A stretch of DNA of 64,000 bases from Candidatus Hadarchaeum sp. (lineage in GTDB: Archaea > Hadarchaeota > Hadarchaeia > Hadarchaeales > Hadarchaeaceae): NCBI RefSeq assembly GCF_038871235.1, contig NZ_JAVZIN010000007.1, forward strand, positions 6,617-70,616, read 5' to 3'. The position numbers were made by a program, and so were the translations under genes. Below the pieces are notes generated by a model. The model was not told the origin of the DNA. It did not search any database and saw nothing but the letters and a program-made list of their open reading frames with translations. Of the stretch, positions 1 to 8,679 are shown in pieces. Position 1 is the stretch's first letter. Each line of letters begins with the position of its first letter.

Positions 1-279
1 AGAGCCTCCAATCGTTGCGGTACTTAACTCCGCGGGATAGAAACAGCTCCCCTCTGTTTATCTTTCTGTGGAGCCTTCTAGGCGCTGATTTCGTTCTTGG
101 TTTATCCCACATTCTAAGATATCTGGTTTTATGAAGAAAGGCCGCCCGTGACATTGGCTGAGTTTTGTAAATCAAAGTGGTGAACAATGGTTGGTGGGTT
201 GATTTGCAGACTTCTGCTACTAATGAGCTGTAAAAAAGAGTTTGGGTTAGAGACGTGTATCCGTCCACATGCTGTGATC

Positions 280-1713
280 TTAATAAGTCTTGGCCAAGAG
301 CGCGTTTACCGTCGCCTGCCGAGAACAGATGGGGCATTTAGCGGTTTGCGTGGGCGCGCTGTCGATTTCCTCTCCGAGCATTTCTCCCTCAGTCTTCTCC
401 GCTATCTGTTTGCCGCAGGATTCCTGACCGCACCAGGGAATTCTAACAATACCCCCCCGTTTTTTCAGCAACTCCTTGGCTGACTTCAGATCTGTGGTCG
501 AGTTTACAAAGCCTTGGAACGATTTTTTAGCCCTCTCGCGAAGGTGATTGGTGATCTGCTCCAGAACTTGGACCAGCTGGGTTTTCAGGGATTTTCTGGC
601 GATGGTGAGCTTCTCGCCAGTATCACGACGCACGGCCGTGATCTGCTCCCTTTCCACATCCTTGGGGCCGATCTCAATCCTGAGCGGCACCCCTCTTCGC
701 TCCCAATAATAAAATTTGTTGCCCGGGCGCAGGTCGCGGTTATCAAGATGGGCCCTGATGCCAGCAGCAGTGAGTTCCTCCTTTACCTCACCAGCGACCT
801 TTTCCACCGGAGTTTCCCTTTCCTTAAACGGGATCGGGATAATCACCACTTGGACCGGGGCAACCTGAGGCGGCAGACAGAGTCCGTCGTCATCCCCGTG
901 AGCCATGATCGCCGCCGCCACCGCCCGCTCGGAAATCCCGTAGCAGGTCTGATAGACAAGGTGGTGCTTGCCATCCACTCCTTCGTACCTCAGCCCGTAA
1001 ACCTTGGCGAAATTCTGTCCCAAGTTGTGGATGGTGCCGATCTGCAGCGCCTTTCCGTCTGGGGTGATGGTGTCAAAGGCGATGGAGTAAACCGCGCCCG
1101 CGAAGGTGTCCCAAGGCGGGCGTTTGCTGACGATGTAGGGCACGCCGAGTTCATCGTAAAATTTCTGGTAAATTTTGATGGCCTCCTTGACCTGCGACTC
1201 CGCCTCATCCTTGGTGGCATGAGCAGTGTGAGCCTCCTTGAACGTGGTGACCTCACGCAACCTGATCATGGGCTTGGTCATCTTAGTTTCATAGCGGAAG
1301 ACGTTGACGACTTGGTAGACCTTGATCGGCAGGTCGGCGTGAGTCCTGATCCACAGGGCGAACATGGGATACATGGAGGTTTCCGAGGTTGGGCGCAGGG
1401 CTAGCCTGATGTTCAGCTTCTGATTTCCACCGTGAGTCACCCAGTAAACTTGTCCACCGAAACCCCTGATATGTTCGGCCTCCTTCTGAAACAAGGTCTC
1501 AGGTATCAGTAGCGGGAAGAGCACTTCATGGTGACCCGAACTCTCATGAAGCTGCCTCAGGATCGAAAAAACCAGATTGCGGAGCTTCATCCCATACGGT
1601 CTCCAGACATACAATCCCTTCACTGGGTAGCGGGTGTCCATGATGTCAGCTTCCTGGAGCATGTCGCTGAACCATCCGCTGAAATCCTGTCGCCATCGCT
1701 CCCTTTTAACCAA
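280..1713 (-). CDS. proS: Prolyl-tRNA synthetase, archaeal/eukaryotic type
   Basis: 477-aa ORF. Class II aaRS core (LRPTSETSMYPMF, FRYETK). C-terminal Cys cluster (CGQESCG...CPICS) typical of archaeal ProRS. Confidence 0.93.
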   Translation of the reverse strand: MVKRERWRQDFSGWFSDMLQEADIMDTRYPVKGLYVWRPYGMKLRNLVFSILRQLHESSGHHEVLFPLLIPETLFQKEAEHIRGFGGQVYWVTHGGNQKLNIRLALRPTSETSMYPMFALWIRTHADLPIKVYQVVNVFRYETKMTKPMIRLREVTTFKEAHTAHATKDEAESQVKEAIKIYQKFYDELGVPYIVSKRPPWDTFAGAVYSIAFDTITPDGKALQIGTIHNLGQNFAKVYGLRYEGVDGKHHLVYQTCYGISERAVAAAIMAHGDDDGLCLPPQVAPVQVVIIPIPFKERETPVEKVAGEVKEELTAAGIRAHLDNRDLRPGNKFYYWERRGVPLRIEIGPKDVEREQITAVRRDTGEKLTIARKSLKTQLVQVLEQITNHLRERAKKSFQGFVNSTTDLKSAKELLKKRGGIVRIPWCGQESCGKQIAEKTEGEMLGEEIDSAPTQTAKCPICSRQATVNALLAKTY

Positions 1714-1782
1714 GCCACCACCTTCCGATAATCGCCGTCTGAGGTTTAAGTAATTATTGAGGCCGGTGGTATCTTGAAAAGT

Positions 1783-2208
1783 TTAGTCCACATCCCAGCC
1801 GATGATGGCTAGGTCAAAGTTGGTGATCAGTCCAACCAAGTTTCCGTCTCTGTCGATGACCGGTATTCTCCGCAGCCTTTTGTTTTTCATCAGCTTAACC
1901 ACGTCCAGCACCGTGGCGTCATTGTAGCAGGTCACCACCGATTTAGTCATCACATCCTTGGCCTTCATCTTCTTGGGATCCTTCCCCTCATAGACGACTT
2001 TTCTGATGACATCACGGAATGTTATCAGCCCCTTCAGCTTTCCAGCCTTGGTCACGGGGAGACACTCGACGTTTTTGTTTATCATCTTCTTGACCATGCT
2101 GAACACGGGTTCCTCGGTTTCAACGGTGATGACATTTTTAGTCATGATCTCCTCAACGGTTAGATTTGAGACGGTTGAACCCCTAATGGAATCAGATACT
2201 TCTTTCAT
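1783..2208 (-). CDS. CBS-pair domain protein
   Basis: 141 aa with two CBS repeats (IMTKNVITV..., VMTKSVVTC...RRIPVIDRDGNLVGLIT). Confidence 0.85.
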   Translation of the reverse strand: MKEVSDSIRGSTVSNLTVEEIMTKNVITVETEEPVFSMVKKMINKNVECLPVTKAGKLKGLITFRDVIRKVVYEGKDPKKMKAKDVMTKSVVTCYNDATVLDVVKLMKNKRLRRIPVIDRDGNLVGLITNFDLAIIGWDVD

Positions 2209-2259
2209 CTCACCACCTCCAGCTCAGAAACATCTCGTGTTATATGGGGTTATAATTAC

Positions 2260-2475
2260 TTAAACCCGCCCCTTATAGTACTCTAAAAATGTTCGTAACG
2301 ATCGATCGTAGATTCGCTCGACCTCTGGCGGGAAAAGGCAGGCGGGCAGCTCTCCCATTTCCCAGTGGTACCTGAGGCACTCGCAGCAGATGCCCTTTCT
2401 CGGGCAGGGCTCGTAGGTGCAGTTGCATTTCTGTCTGTTTTTCTCAAGGTTGCAGGTTCTTTTCATGGCACTCAT
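2260..2475 (-). CDS. Small Cys-rich protein, DUF6485-like
   Basis: 71 aa. The pattern KCNCTYEPCPRKGICCECLRYH...ELPAC matches the conserved Cys pattern of this uncharacterised family as I recall it. Confidence 0.6.
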   Translation of the reverse strand: MSAMKRTCNLEKNRQKCNCTYEPCPRKGICCECLRYHWEMGELPACLFPPEVERIYDRSLRTFLEYYKGRV

Positions 2476-2508
2476 AAAGAAAACGACCCGCTTGGTTTAA
2501 AAATTTTG

Positions 2509-3573
2509 TCAGCGAGTCAGCGCCGCGTAGCCGTCTCTTTTCACCGCCACCGTATCTTCCCAGCGAGCTCCCCCAACACCCGGGATGTAAACACCTGGCT
2601 CCACGGTGAGTACCATCCCACGGCGAAGGGTGTCCCGCGATAGTGGATATAGGTTCGGGGCCTCGTGAATCTCAAGCCCCACCCCATGGCCGCCGCCGTG
2701 GTTGAAGAATTTTCCGAATCCCGCCCGCCCGATAAACCTTCTGGCGGCGGCATCCACAATTCTTGCTTCTACCCCATCTTTTATCCTTTCCAGGGCAGCA
2801 TGCTGTGCCTCCTTGACCACTTGAAGAATCCTGAGCTGTTTCCTGCTTGGCGAGAGAGCAAACGTCCGCGTCATGTCAGAGGCGTAACCGTTGAATATCG
2901 CGCCCAGGTCAACGACGACGAGCTCTTCCTTTCCCAGCTTTCTCGAGGTCGCGGTTGAGTGTGGCAACCAAGAATTGTTACCCGAGGCGACGATGGTTGG
3001 GAACGGGGTCCCTTCCGATCCCGCCTTTCTCATTTCATACTCGATCTCAGCAGCAATCTCAAGCTCAGTTCTACCAGGTTCGATGAGTTCCGCCGCCAGC
3101 TTCATCCCGAGCACCGCTATTTTTGCCGATCTTCGCAGCAGGTTCAGCTCTTCAGATGATTTTATCATCCGCAGGTTTTGCACGACTTCCGGTGACAGCA
3201 GATAGCCGGCTTCATGCAGGCCGCGGATTTTTCTGATGAAGTTCCTGTCTCCACCATCATATCCAACCGAGCGGGAGCCGATTTCCTCGAGTACCTTGGC
3301 GATGAGCTGCCAGAGCTCCATGAAAAAGACCCTTTCACCTCGTTGCAGCGGGGCCTTCCAGCTGGAAAAGCCCCTGATGTCCTTAATCTTGCTCTCCCTC
3401 TTGGCCCGCTCCAGCTCCAGTCGGCTGCAGATCAAAATAGGTTCACCGTCGACCGGTACAATTACTGCCTTGGCCGCGGTGGTTTCGGCCAAGTAGCGGG
3501 TGTTCCTGAGGGAGAGGTAAGCATCTAGGCCGCGCCTTTCGAGTTCTCCTTTCAACCTCTTAATTTTTTTCAA
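2509..3573 (-). CDS. M24 family Xaa-Pro aminopeptidase/dipeptidase
   Basis: 354 aa. Creatinase-like N-domain plus pita-bread fold with metal ligands (VVDLGA..YASDMTRT, GHGVGLEIHE, LTVEPG). Confidence 0.88.
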   Translation of the reverse strand: MKKIKRLKGELERRGLDAYLSLRNTRYLAETTAAKAVIVPVDGEPILICSRLELERAKRESKIKDIRGFSSWKAPLQRGERVFFMELWQLIAKVLEEIGSRSVGYDGGDRNFIRKIRGLHEAGYLLSPEVVQNLRMIKSSEELNLLRRSAKIAVLGMKLAAELIEPGRTELEIAAEIEYEMRKAGSEGTPFPTIVASGNNSWLPHSTATSRKLGKEELVVVDLGAIFNGYASDMTRTFALSPSRKQLRILQVVKEAQHAALERIKDGVEARIVDAAARRFIGRAGFGKFFNHGGGHGVGLEIHEAPNLYPLSRDTLRRGMVLTVEPGVYIPGVGGARWEDTVAVKRDGYAALTR

Positions 3574-3671
3574 GCCGAACCCACTATCTTTTGCCTTCCC
3601 GGTAAAATAAGGGTGAAGTCGGCGATTGATCGCTTATAAATAACCAGCACAAAAATTGTCGTTGGGTCATC

Positions 3672-3989
3672 TTGGTGTTGGTTCAGTCGGTGTTCGACAA
3701 CGATGTCCGTCTCAATTTTTCCACACTCAGAATCACCCTCGCCCGACATCCGGAGATGGTCAAGATGAAGCGGCTGGATCAAGAGGTGGTCACCGCAGTC
3801 TCGGAACCTGATTTTGTCCTCGCAGGCAAGTATGGAGAGAACATCGCCGTCAAGAGGATCGTGGCCGGTTACTTTTCAGGTAAGTGGCTGCTGGTCCCAT
3901 ATCAGGAGGGTGGGGACGTGAGTACGGTTTCAGCAACATCGCAAATAGAAAAAATGGTGGGAGGAAGGCTGATCCTGTGGAAGCGGTAA
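3672..3989 (+). CDS. DUF4258-like small protein (putative toxin-like partner of DUF2283)
   Basis: TTG start about 30 nt downstream of a TTATAAATA TATA-like box. RHPEMVKMKRLDQEVV...LLVPYQEGGD..VSA resembles the DUF4258 pattern (HA..RM..RgI..eeV ... VVy.e..d...V). It overlaps the next ORF. Confidence 0.45.
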   Translation: MVLVQSVFDNDVRLNFSTLRITLARHPEMVKMKRLDQEVVTAVSEPDFVLAGKYGENIAVKRIVAGYFSGKWLLVPYQEGGDVSTVSATSQIEKMVGGRLILWKR

Positions 3990-4180
3990 TAAAAAATGTT
4001 GAGGACATCGATGCCTTTTATGACCGCGTTCATGACGTCCTTTACCTCAGTTTTGGCGGGGTTTATCCCGCCGAAGATTCTGAGCTGACCAGTAAGGATG
4101 TGATAGTCAGATACCGAGGACGCCGTATCGTTGGCATTACAATACTGGAGTTCTTCAAGCGCGTTTGCCGGTCAACGTGA
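3977..4180 (+). CDS. DUF2283 domain protein (putative antitoxin-like)
   Basis: FYDRVHDVLYLSFGG...VIVRYRGRRIVGITILEF matches the DUF2283 signature (YD.e.D.LYi ... G.ivGIEIl). The GTG at 3977 is the likely start; the track ORF starts at 3884 and overlaps the upstream gene. Confidence 0.6.
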   Translation: MEAVIKNVEDIDAFYDRVHDVLYLSFGGVYPAEDSELTSKDVIVRYRGRRIVGITILEFFKRVCRST

Positions 4181-4250
4181 TTTTTTAGCTTTCAGTCCCG
4201 AAGAGCCTGTGATATTTATTTAGCGGGACTATCATTATTGGGGATAATTT

Positions 4251-4793
4251 TTGAGGGCAGCATTGATCGTTATTGATATGATTAACGACTTCGTGACGGG
4301 TAAGTTCGGTTTCAAGGGTGCTCTGGAAATCGTGCCCCGGATTCAGCAGCTACTCACAGCCGCCAGAGTCAAGGGAGTTACGGTGATTCATGCCTGCGAT
4401 GCCCACACCCCAGCCGATCCCGAGTTACGGGTCTGGGGCGAGCACGCCATGGCCGGCACTAGGGGGGCTGAAGTAATCCCAGAGCTGAGCCCCCTCAAGG
4501 GCGAGGCAGTGATCTCCAAGCGCACCTATGATATTTTTCAGGTGCCCAGATTGGTGAGACTTCTCAAGAAAAAGGGCATCGAGGAGCTTGTGCTGGTCGG
4601 GGTCGTAACTGAGATATGCATCCAACACTCAGCGGCCGGGGCTTTCTTCAACGGCTACCGGGTGGTGATTCCGAAGGACTGTGTGGCCTCCCCGGACGAA
4701 AGGGACAAGGAGCGCGCTTTGGAATATATGAGGAGAATTTACGGCGCGCAAATCACAAATTCTAAGGAAATAATCAAAGGGTGGGGAAAATGA
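4251..4793 (+). CDS. pncA: Nicotinamidase / isochorismatase-family hydrolase
   Basis: 180 aa. Likely catalytic Asp (VIDMINDF), Lys (SKRTYD) and Cys (VTEICI). DAH and WGEH are putative metal ligands. Overlaps the NAPRT gene as ATGA. Confidence 0.8.
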   Translation: MRAALIVIDMINDFVTGKFGFKGALEIVPRIQQLLTAARVKGVTVIHACDAHTPADPELRVWGEHAMAGTRGAEVIPELSPLKGEAVISKRTYDIFQVPRLVRLLKKKGIEELVLVGVVTEICIQHSAAGAFFNGYRVVIPKDCVASPDERDKERALEYMRRIYGAQITNSKEIIKGWGK

Positions 4794-5986
4794 GAACCTT
4801 CAACGTTGCCTCCGATGAGGAGATAAAAAAGGGCGCCACCACCGATATCTACTTCGTCCGGACAAGCCAAGTCCTGAAGGCGAAGGGGCTTGATGGAAAA
4901 AGAGTGATTGCGGAGGTGACTGCAGGAGGGCTCCCGGAGGGCTGGCCCTGGGGGGTCCTCTGCGGCTTGGATGAGGTGGCCACCCTCTTTGAGGGCTATC
5001 CGGTCGATGTCTACGCAATCCCTGAGGGAACCATTTTCCGCCCGCAGGATCATTTTGGAAACAGGTTGCCCGTCATTGTCATCGCGGGACCTTATGGTAG
5101 TTTCTGCGAGCTAGAAACACCAATGCTGGGGCTGATCTGTCAAGCATCGGGCGTGGCCACGATGGCGGCTAGGTTGAGAAAGCTGGCCTGGGAGAAGCTG
5201 CTGGTCTCCTTCGGCATCAGGCGCGTCCACCCGGCCCTTTCCCCGATGATTGACCGGGCGGCCTACATTGGCGGGTTTAATGGGGTTTCCAGCCTCTCTG
5301 GTGCAAAGAAGATTGGAAAGGAGCCGATGGGGACAATGCCCCACGCCCTGATCGTTGTCTTCGGTGATCAGGTGAAAGCTTGGAAGGCATTCGACCAAGT
5401 GATCCCGCGGCAGGTGAACAGGGTGGCGCTGGTTGACACCTACTTTGACGAGAAGGCGGAGGCCATCATGGCAGCCGAGGCCCTTGGTAAAAATCTCTGG
5501 GGAGTCAGACTGGACACGCCGAGTTCGAGGAGGGGGAACTTCGTCGAGATAATCAAAGAGATTAGATGGGAACTAGACATCCGTGGCCATCGTCAGGTGA
5601 AGATAGTGGTCTCAGGGGGGATAAACGACCAGAACATAACCGAGCTGGTCAATGCAGGAGTGGACGGCTTTGGGATCGGGACCTCTCTGAGCAATGCCCC
5701 CACGATTGATTTTGCCATGGATATAGTCGAGATGGATGGAAAGCCCGTGGCCAAGCGAGGAAAACTCGGGGGAAGAAAGCAGGTCTGGAGATGTCGAAGG
5801 TGTCTGAAGGATGTGGTGACGCCGTTTGGGGAGCGAGCGCCGCGATGTCCTGCCTGTCGCGGAGGAACCGCACCGCTGTTACAGCCATTGATAAAAGGTG
5901 GAAAAATCGTGGCGGAGGAGAAGTCCGTGGACAGGATAAGGTCTTATGTGCTGTCGCAGTTAAAGAGAATTCCAATGGTGGCCTAG
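4790..5986 (+). CDS. Nicotinate phosphoribosyltransferase (archaeal type) with C-terminal zinc ribbon
   Basis: N-terminus TDIYFVRT, type II PRTase barrel. The C-terminal segment WRCRRC...CPACRG gives CxxC...CxxC. The ATG at 4790 overlaps the pncA TGA; the track lists a GTG at 4781. Confidence 0.85.
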   Translation: MRTFNVASDEEIKKGATTDIYFVRTSQVLKAKGLDGKRVIAEVTAGGLPEGWPWGVLCGLDEVATLFEGYPVDVYAIPEGTIFRPQDHFGNRLPVIVIAGPYGSFCELETPMLGLICQASGVATMAARLRKLAWEKLLVSFGIRRVHPALSPMIDRAAYIGGFNGVSSLSGAKKIGKEPMGTMPHALIVVFGDQVKAWKAFDQVIPRQVNRVALVDTYFDEKAEAIMAAEALGKNLWGVRLDTPSSRRGNFVEIIKEIRWELDIRGHRQVKIVVSGGINDQNITELVNAGVDGFGIGTSLSNAPTIDFAMDIVEMDGKPVAKRGKLGGRKQVWRCRRCLKDVVTPFGERAPRCPACRGGTAPLLQPLIKGGKIVAEEKSVDRIRSYVLSQLKRIPMVA

Positions 5987-6790
5987 ATGGACCAACAGAC
6001 GGTGAGGAAACAGCTAGCTAAGGCGAAGAGGATTGTGGTTAAGATAGGCACCAGCAGCATCACCGATGAGAACCATCGCCTTGACCCGGAGAAGATCGGC
6101 AGGCTGGTATCCAACGTGATGGGGCTGCGGTCGCGGGGCAAGGAGGTCATCTTGGTTTCTTCGGGAGCCATTGGGGCAGGTATTGGCCGTCTCAACCTTG
6201 ACGGCAGACCCAAGGACATCCCCGCCTTGCAGGCGACAGCTGCGGTGGGCCAAGGCATGCTGATGCAGGTTTACTCCAAGTATTTTGGCGAGTATCAACA
6301 GCCGGTGGCGCAGATCTTGCTAACGGCGGAGGACTTCAGCAACCCCCGGCGCTACCGGAACTTCAGGAATATGCTTGCCACGTTAATGAAGTGGGGTGTG
6401 GTCCCGGTAGTCAATGAGAACGACAGCGTGGCCTCAGATGAGATAAGGCTGGGCGACAATGACATCCTCTCCGCTTATGTTTCCATAGGTGCTTCGGCCG
6501 ATCTCCTCGTGATCTTGACCGATGTCGATGGTCTTTATATGGGCTATTCCAAACGGGGAAACCGTGGTAAGTTGATTAAGACGGTTGATGGGTCGCTGAA
6601 CGTGGAACGGTACGTGGATAAGGCCTCCCGGGGTTTTGGTGGCATGCTCACCAAGATTAAGGCGGCCCGGATGGTGACGGAGAAAGGTATCCCAGTGGTG
6701 ATAGCCAGCAGCAGCGAGGAGAAGGTTCTGGAGAGAATTTTGGACGGAGAGGAAATCGGTACCTTGTTTCTTCCGGTGAGATTAAGATGA
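5987..6790 (+). CDS. proB: Glutamate 5-kinase (no PUA domain)
   Basis: 267 aa. Amino-acid kinase fold (VVKIGTSSIT, ILVSSGAIGAG, VNENDSV). Overlaps proA as ATGA. Confidence 0.92.
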   Translation: MDQQTVRKQLAKAKRIVVKIGTSSITDENHRLDPEKIGRLVSNVMGLRSRGKEVILVSSGAIGAGIGRLNLDGRPKDIPALQATAAVGQGMLMQVYSKYFGEYQQPVAQILLTAEDFSNPRRYRNFRNMLATLMKWGVVPVVNENDSVASDEIRLGDNDILSAYVSIGASADLLVILTDVDGLYMGYSKRGNRGKLIKTVDGSLNVERYVDKASRGFGGMLTKIKAARMVTEKGIPVVIASSSEEKVLERILDGEEIGTLFLPVRLR

Positions 6791-8118
6791 GCGAGGTCCT
6801 TGAAAAGGCGGCTGCGGCTAGGAAGGCGGCCCTGAAACTGGCCACCATCACCACCGAGGTCAAGAATTCGGCCCTACTGAAGGTCGCCTCGGCCATCCTA
6901 GAGAATAAAGAGGCACTTTTGAGGGCCAATGCTGAGGACCTGAAGGCAGCCGAAGGACTCTTAAAGAGGGGTAGAATTTCCTCTCCACTATTTCAGAGGC
7001 TCAAGCTTTCCGAGGACAAGCTGAAGGAGATCGCCAAGATGGTTCGAAGTGTTGCGGAGCTTGAGGACCCCGTGGGACGGACTCTGTATGCCGTGGAGCT
7101 TGATCGGGGCCTTGAGCTTTACAAGGTTTCCTGCCCCATCGGAGTTATCGGCGCGATATTCGAGGCCCGCCCCGACGTCCTGCCACAGATATCAGTGCTC
7201 TGTTTAAAGTCGGGAAACGCGGTGGTGCTCAAAGGGGGCAGCGAGGCCCGGCGCTCCAATGAGGCCTTCTTCAACGTGATTAAAGCAGCCAGTGAGGCGA
7301 CTGGAATTCCGCCCGGGTGGATCCAGCTGATCGAGGCCAGAAGGGAGGTCAGGGAATTGCTGAGACTGGACGAATATATTGATCTGCTGGTTCCCAGAGG
7401 AAGCAAGGAATTCGTTAAGTTCATTCAGGCGAACACCAACATCCCAGTCCTCGGGCACGCTGAAGGGCTCTGTCACATCTACGTGGACGCCGACGCCGAC
7501 ATCGAGAAGGCGTTAAAGATCTGCTACGATGCCAAGGTACAGTATCCGGCCGTCTGTAACGCTGTGGAGACGATCTTGGTGCACAGCAGAATCGCTGAGC
7601 AATTTTTAAAGCCGCTGGGAAAACTTTACGCTGAAGCCGGTGTTGAAATTAGGGGCGACGAAAGGGTGAGGAAAATCATTCCCGAAGCCAAACGGGCCAC
7701 GGAGAAGGACTGGCGCACCGAGTATTTGGATCTGATCATCTCAATCAAGGTGGTCGACAGCATTCAAGAAGCCATAGACCACATCAACACATACGGCTCC
7801 AAACACACCGATGCCATTGTAACCGAGAACGGAAGGAACGCCCGGCTCTTTCTCACCGAGGTCGACTCATCCAGCGTGATGCTCAATGCTTCCACTAGGT
7901 TCAGTGATGGCTACCGCTATGGACTTGGGGCCGAGGTCGGCATTTCCACAGGCAAGATCCACGCCCGCGGCCCGGTTGGTCTTGAAGGGCTGACCACCTC
8001 AAAATACTACTTGCTCGGAGACGGACATGTTGTGGCCGACTACTTGGGACCGGAGGCCAAACCTTTTACCCACGTCCCGCTGAAAAAAAGATGGTCTGAG
8101 GTTGAAAGGGAACTCTAG
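6787..8118 (+). CDS. proA: Gamma-glutamyl phosphate reductase
   Basis: 443 aa of the ALDH superfamily. Catalytic region VCNAVETILVH, with typical ProA N- and C-termini. Confidence 0.93.
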   Translation: MSEVLEKAAAARKAALKLATITTEVKNSALLKVASAILENKEALLRANAEDLKAAEGLLKRGRISSPLFQRLKLSEDKLKEIAKMVRSVAELEDPVGRTLYAVELDRGLELYKVSCPIGVIGAIFEARPDVLPQISVLCLKSGNAVVLKGGSEARRSNEAFFNVIKAASEATGIPPGWIQLIEARREVRELLRLDEYIDLLVPRGSKEFVKFIQANTNIPVLGHAEGLCHIYVDADADIEKALKICYDAKVQYPAVCNAVETILVHSRIAEQFLKPLGKLYAEAGVEIRGDERVRKIIPEAKRATEKDWRTEYLDLIISIKVVDSIQEAIDHINTYGSKHTDAIVTENGRNARLFLTEVDSSSVMLNASTRFSDGYRYGLGAEVGISTGKIHARGPVGLEGLTTSKYYLLGDGHVVADYLGPEAKPFTHVPLKKRWSEVEREL

Positions 8119-8132
8119 AGGTCGGTGGTGGT

Positions 8133-8615
8133 TTGAAGTTCCGGAAGGTTGTGGTCGGCGGCACTTTTGATTACCTGCACAATGGACACCTTGCCATTAT
8201 CTCCAGGGCCTATGAGATTGGGGAACGGGTTACCATAGGCATCTGCTCTGACGAGATGCAGCAGCTCCTTATGAAGGACTCCGCCGGCATCCAACCTTTA
8301 CCCATCAGATTATGGAGGCTTCTGAATGAGCTGCACAACCGGGGCTGGCTAGGGCGCACGGAACTAAATGTTTTATCGGATCCTTACGGGACCGCGGTCA
8401 GCGACAGGAACATCGATGCGATAGTTGTCAGCCCGGAGACAAGAGCGAGGGCTGAGGAGATAAACAGGATCCGGATTTCAAAGGGCCTGAATCCTCTGGA
8501 AATCGTGGAAATCCCGTTTGTCCTGGCCGAGGACGGCAAGCCGATCTCCTCAATAAGAATTCGGTATGGCGAGATCGACGTCCACGGTAAAAAACTGAAC
8601 CAATCTAGGATTTAG
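8133..8615 (+). CDS. coaD: Phosphopantetheine adenylyltransferase, archaeal type
   Basis: 160 aa with a TTG start. Cytidylyltransferase motif GGTFDYLHNGH. Confidence 0.85.
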   Translation: MKFRKVVVGGTFDYLHNGHLAIISRAYEIGERVTIGICSDEMQQLLMKDSAGIQPLPIRLWRLLNELHNRGWLGRTELNVLSDPYGTAVSDRNIDAIVVSPETRARAEEINRIRISKGLNPLEIVEIPFVLAEDGKPISSIRIRYGEIDVHGKKLNQSRI

Positions 8616-8679
8616 CGACTAAGCTTTAAATTACGGACCAAACAACGTTTAAGCGCGATGGAAAGCCCATGGTGAATTT

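Noticed and set aside
1-154. Edge-truncated minus-strand ORF starting at ATG 154 (MSRAAFLHKTRYLRMWDKPRTK..., very basic); + strand frame 3 is also open to about position 131
   Set aside because: Only about 50 codons are visible, two frames are open, and I cannot match the peptide to a family with confidence. This is too little evidence to call.
514-1404. 296-aa + strand ORF (and the nested 990..1256 ORF) opposite proS
   Set aside because: Fully antisense to a confidently identified ProRS gene. The product is Arg/Gly/Asp-rich with low complexity and no motif, which is the typical shadow ORF of a GC-moderate coding region.
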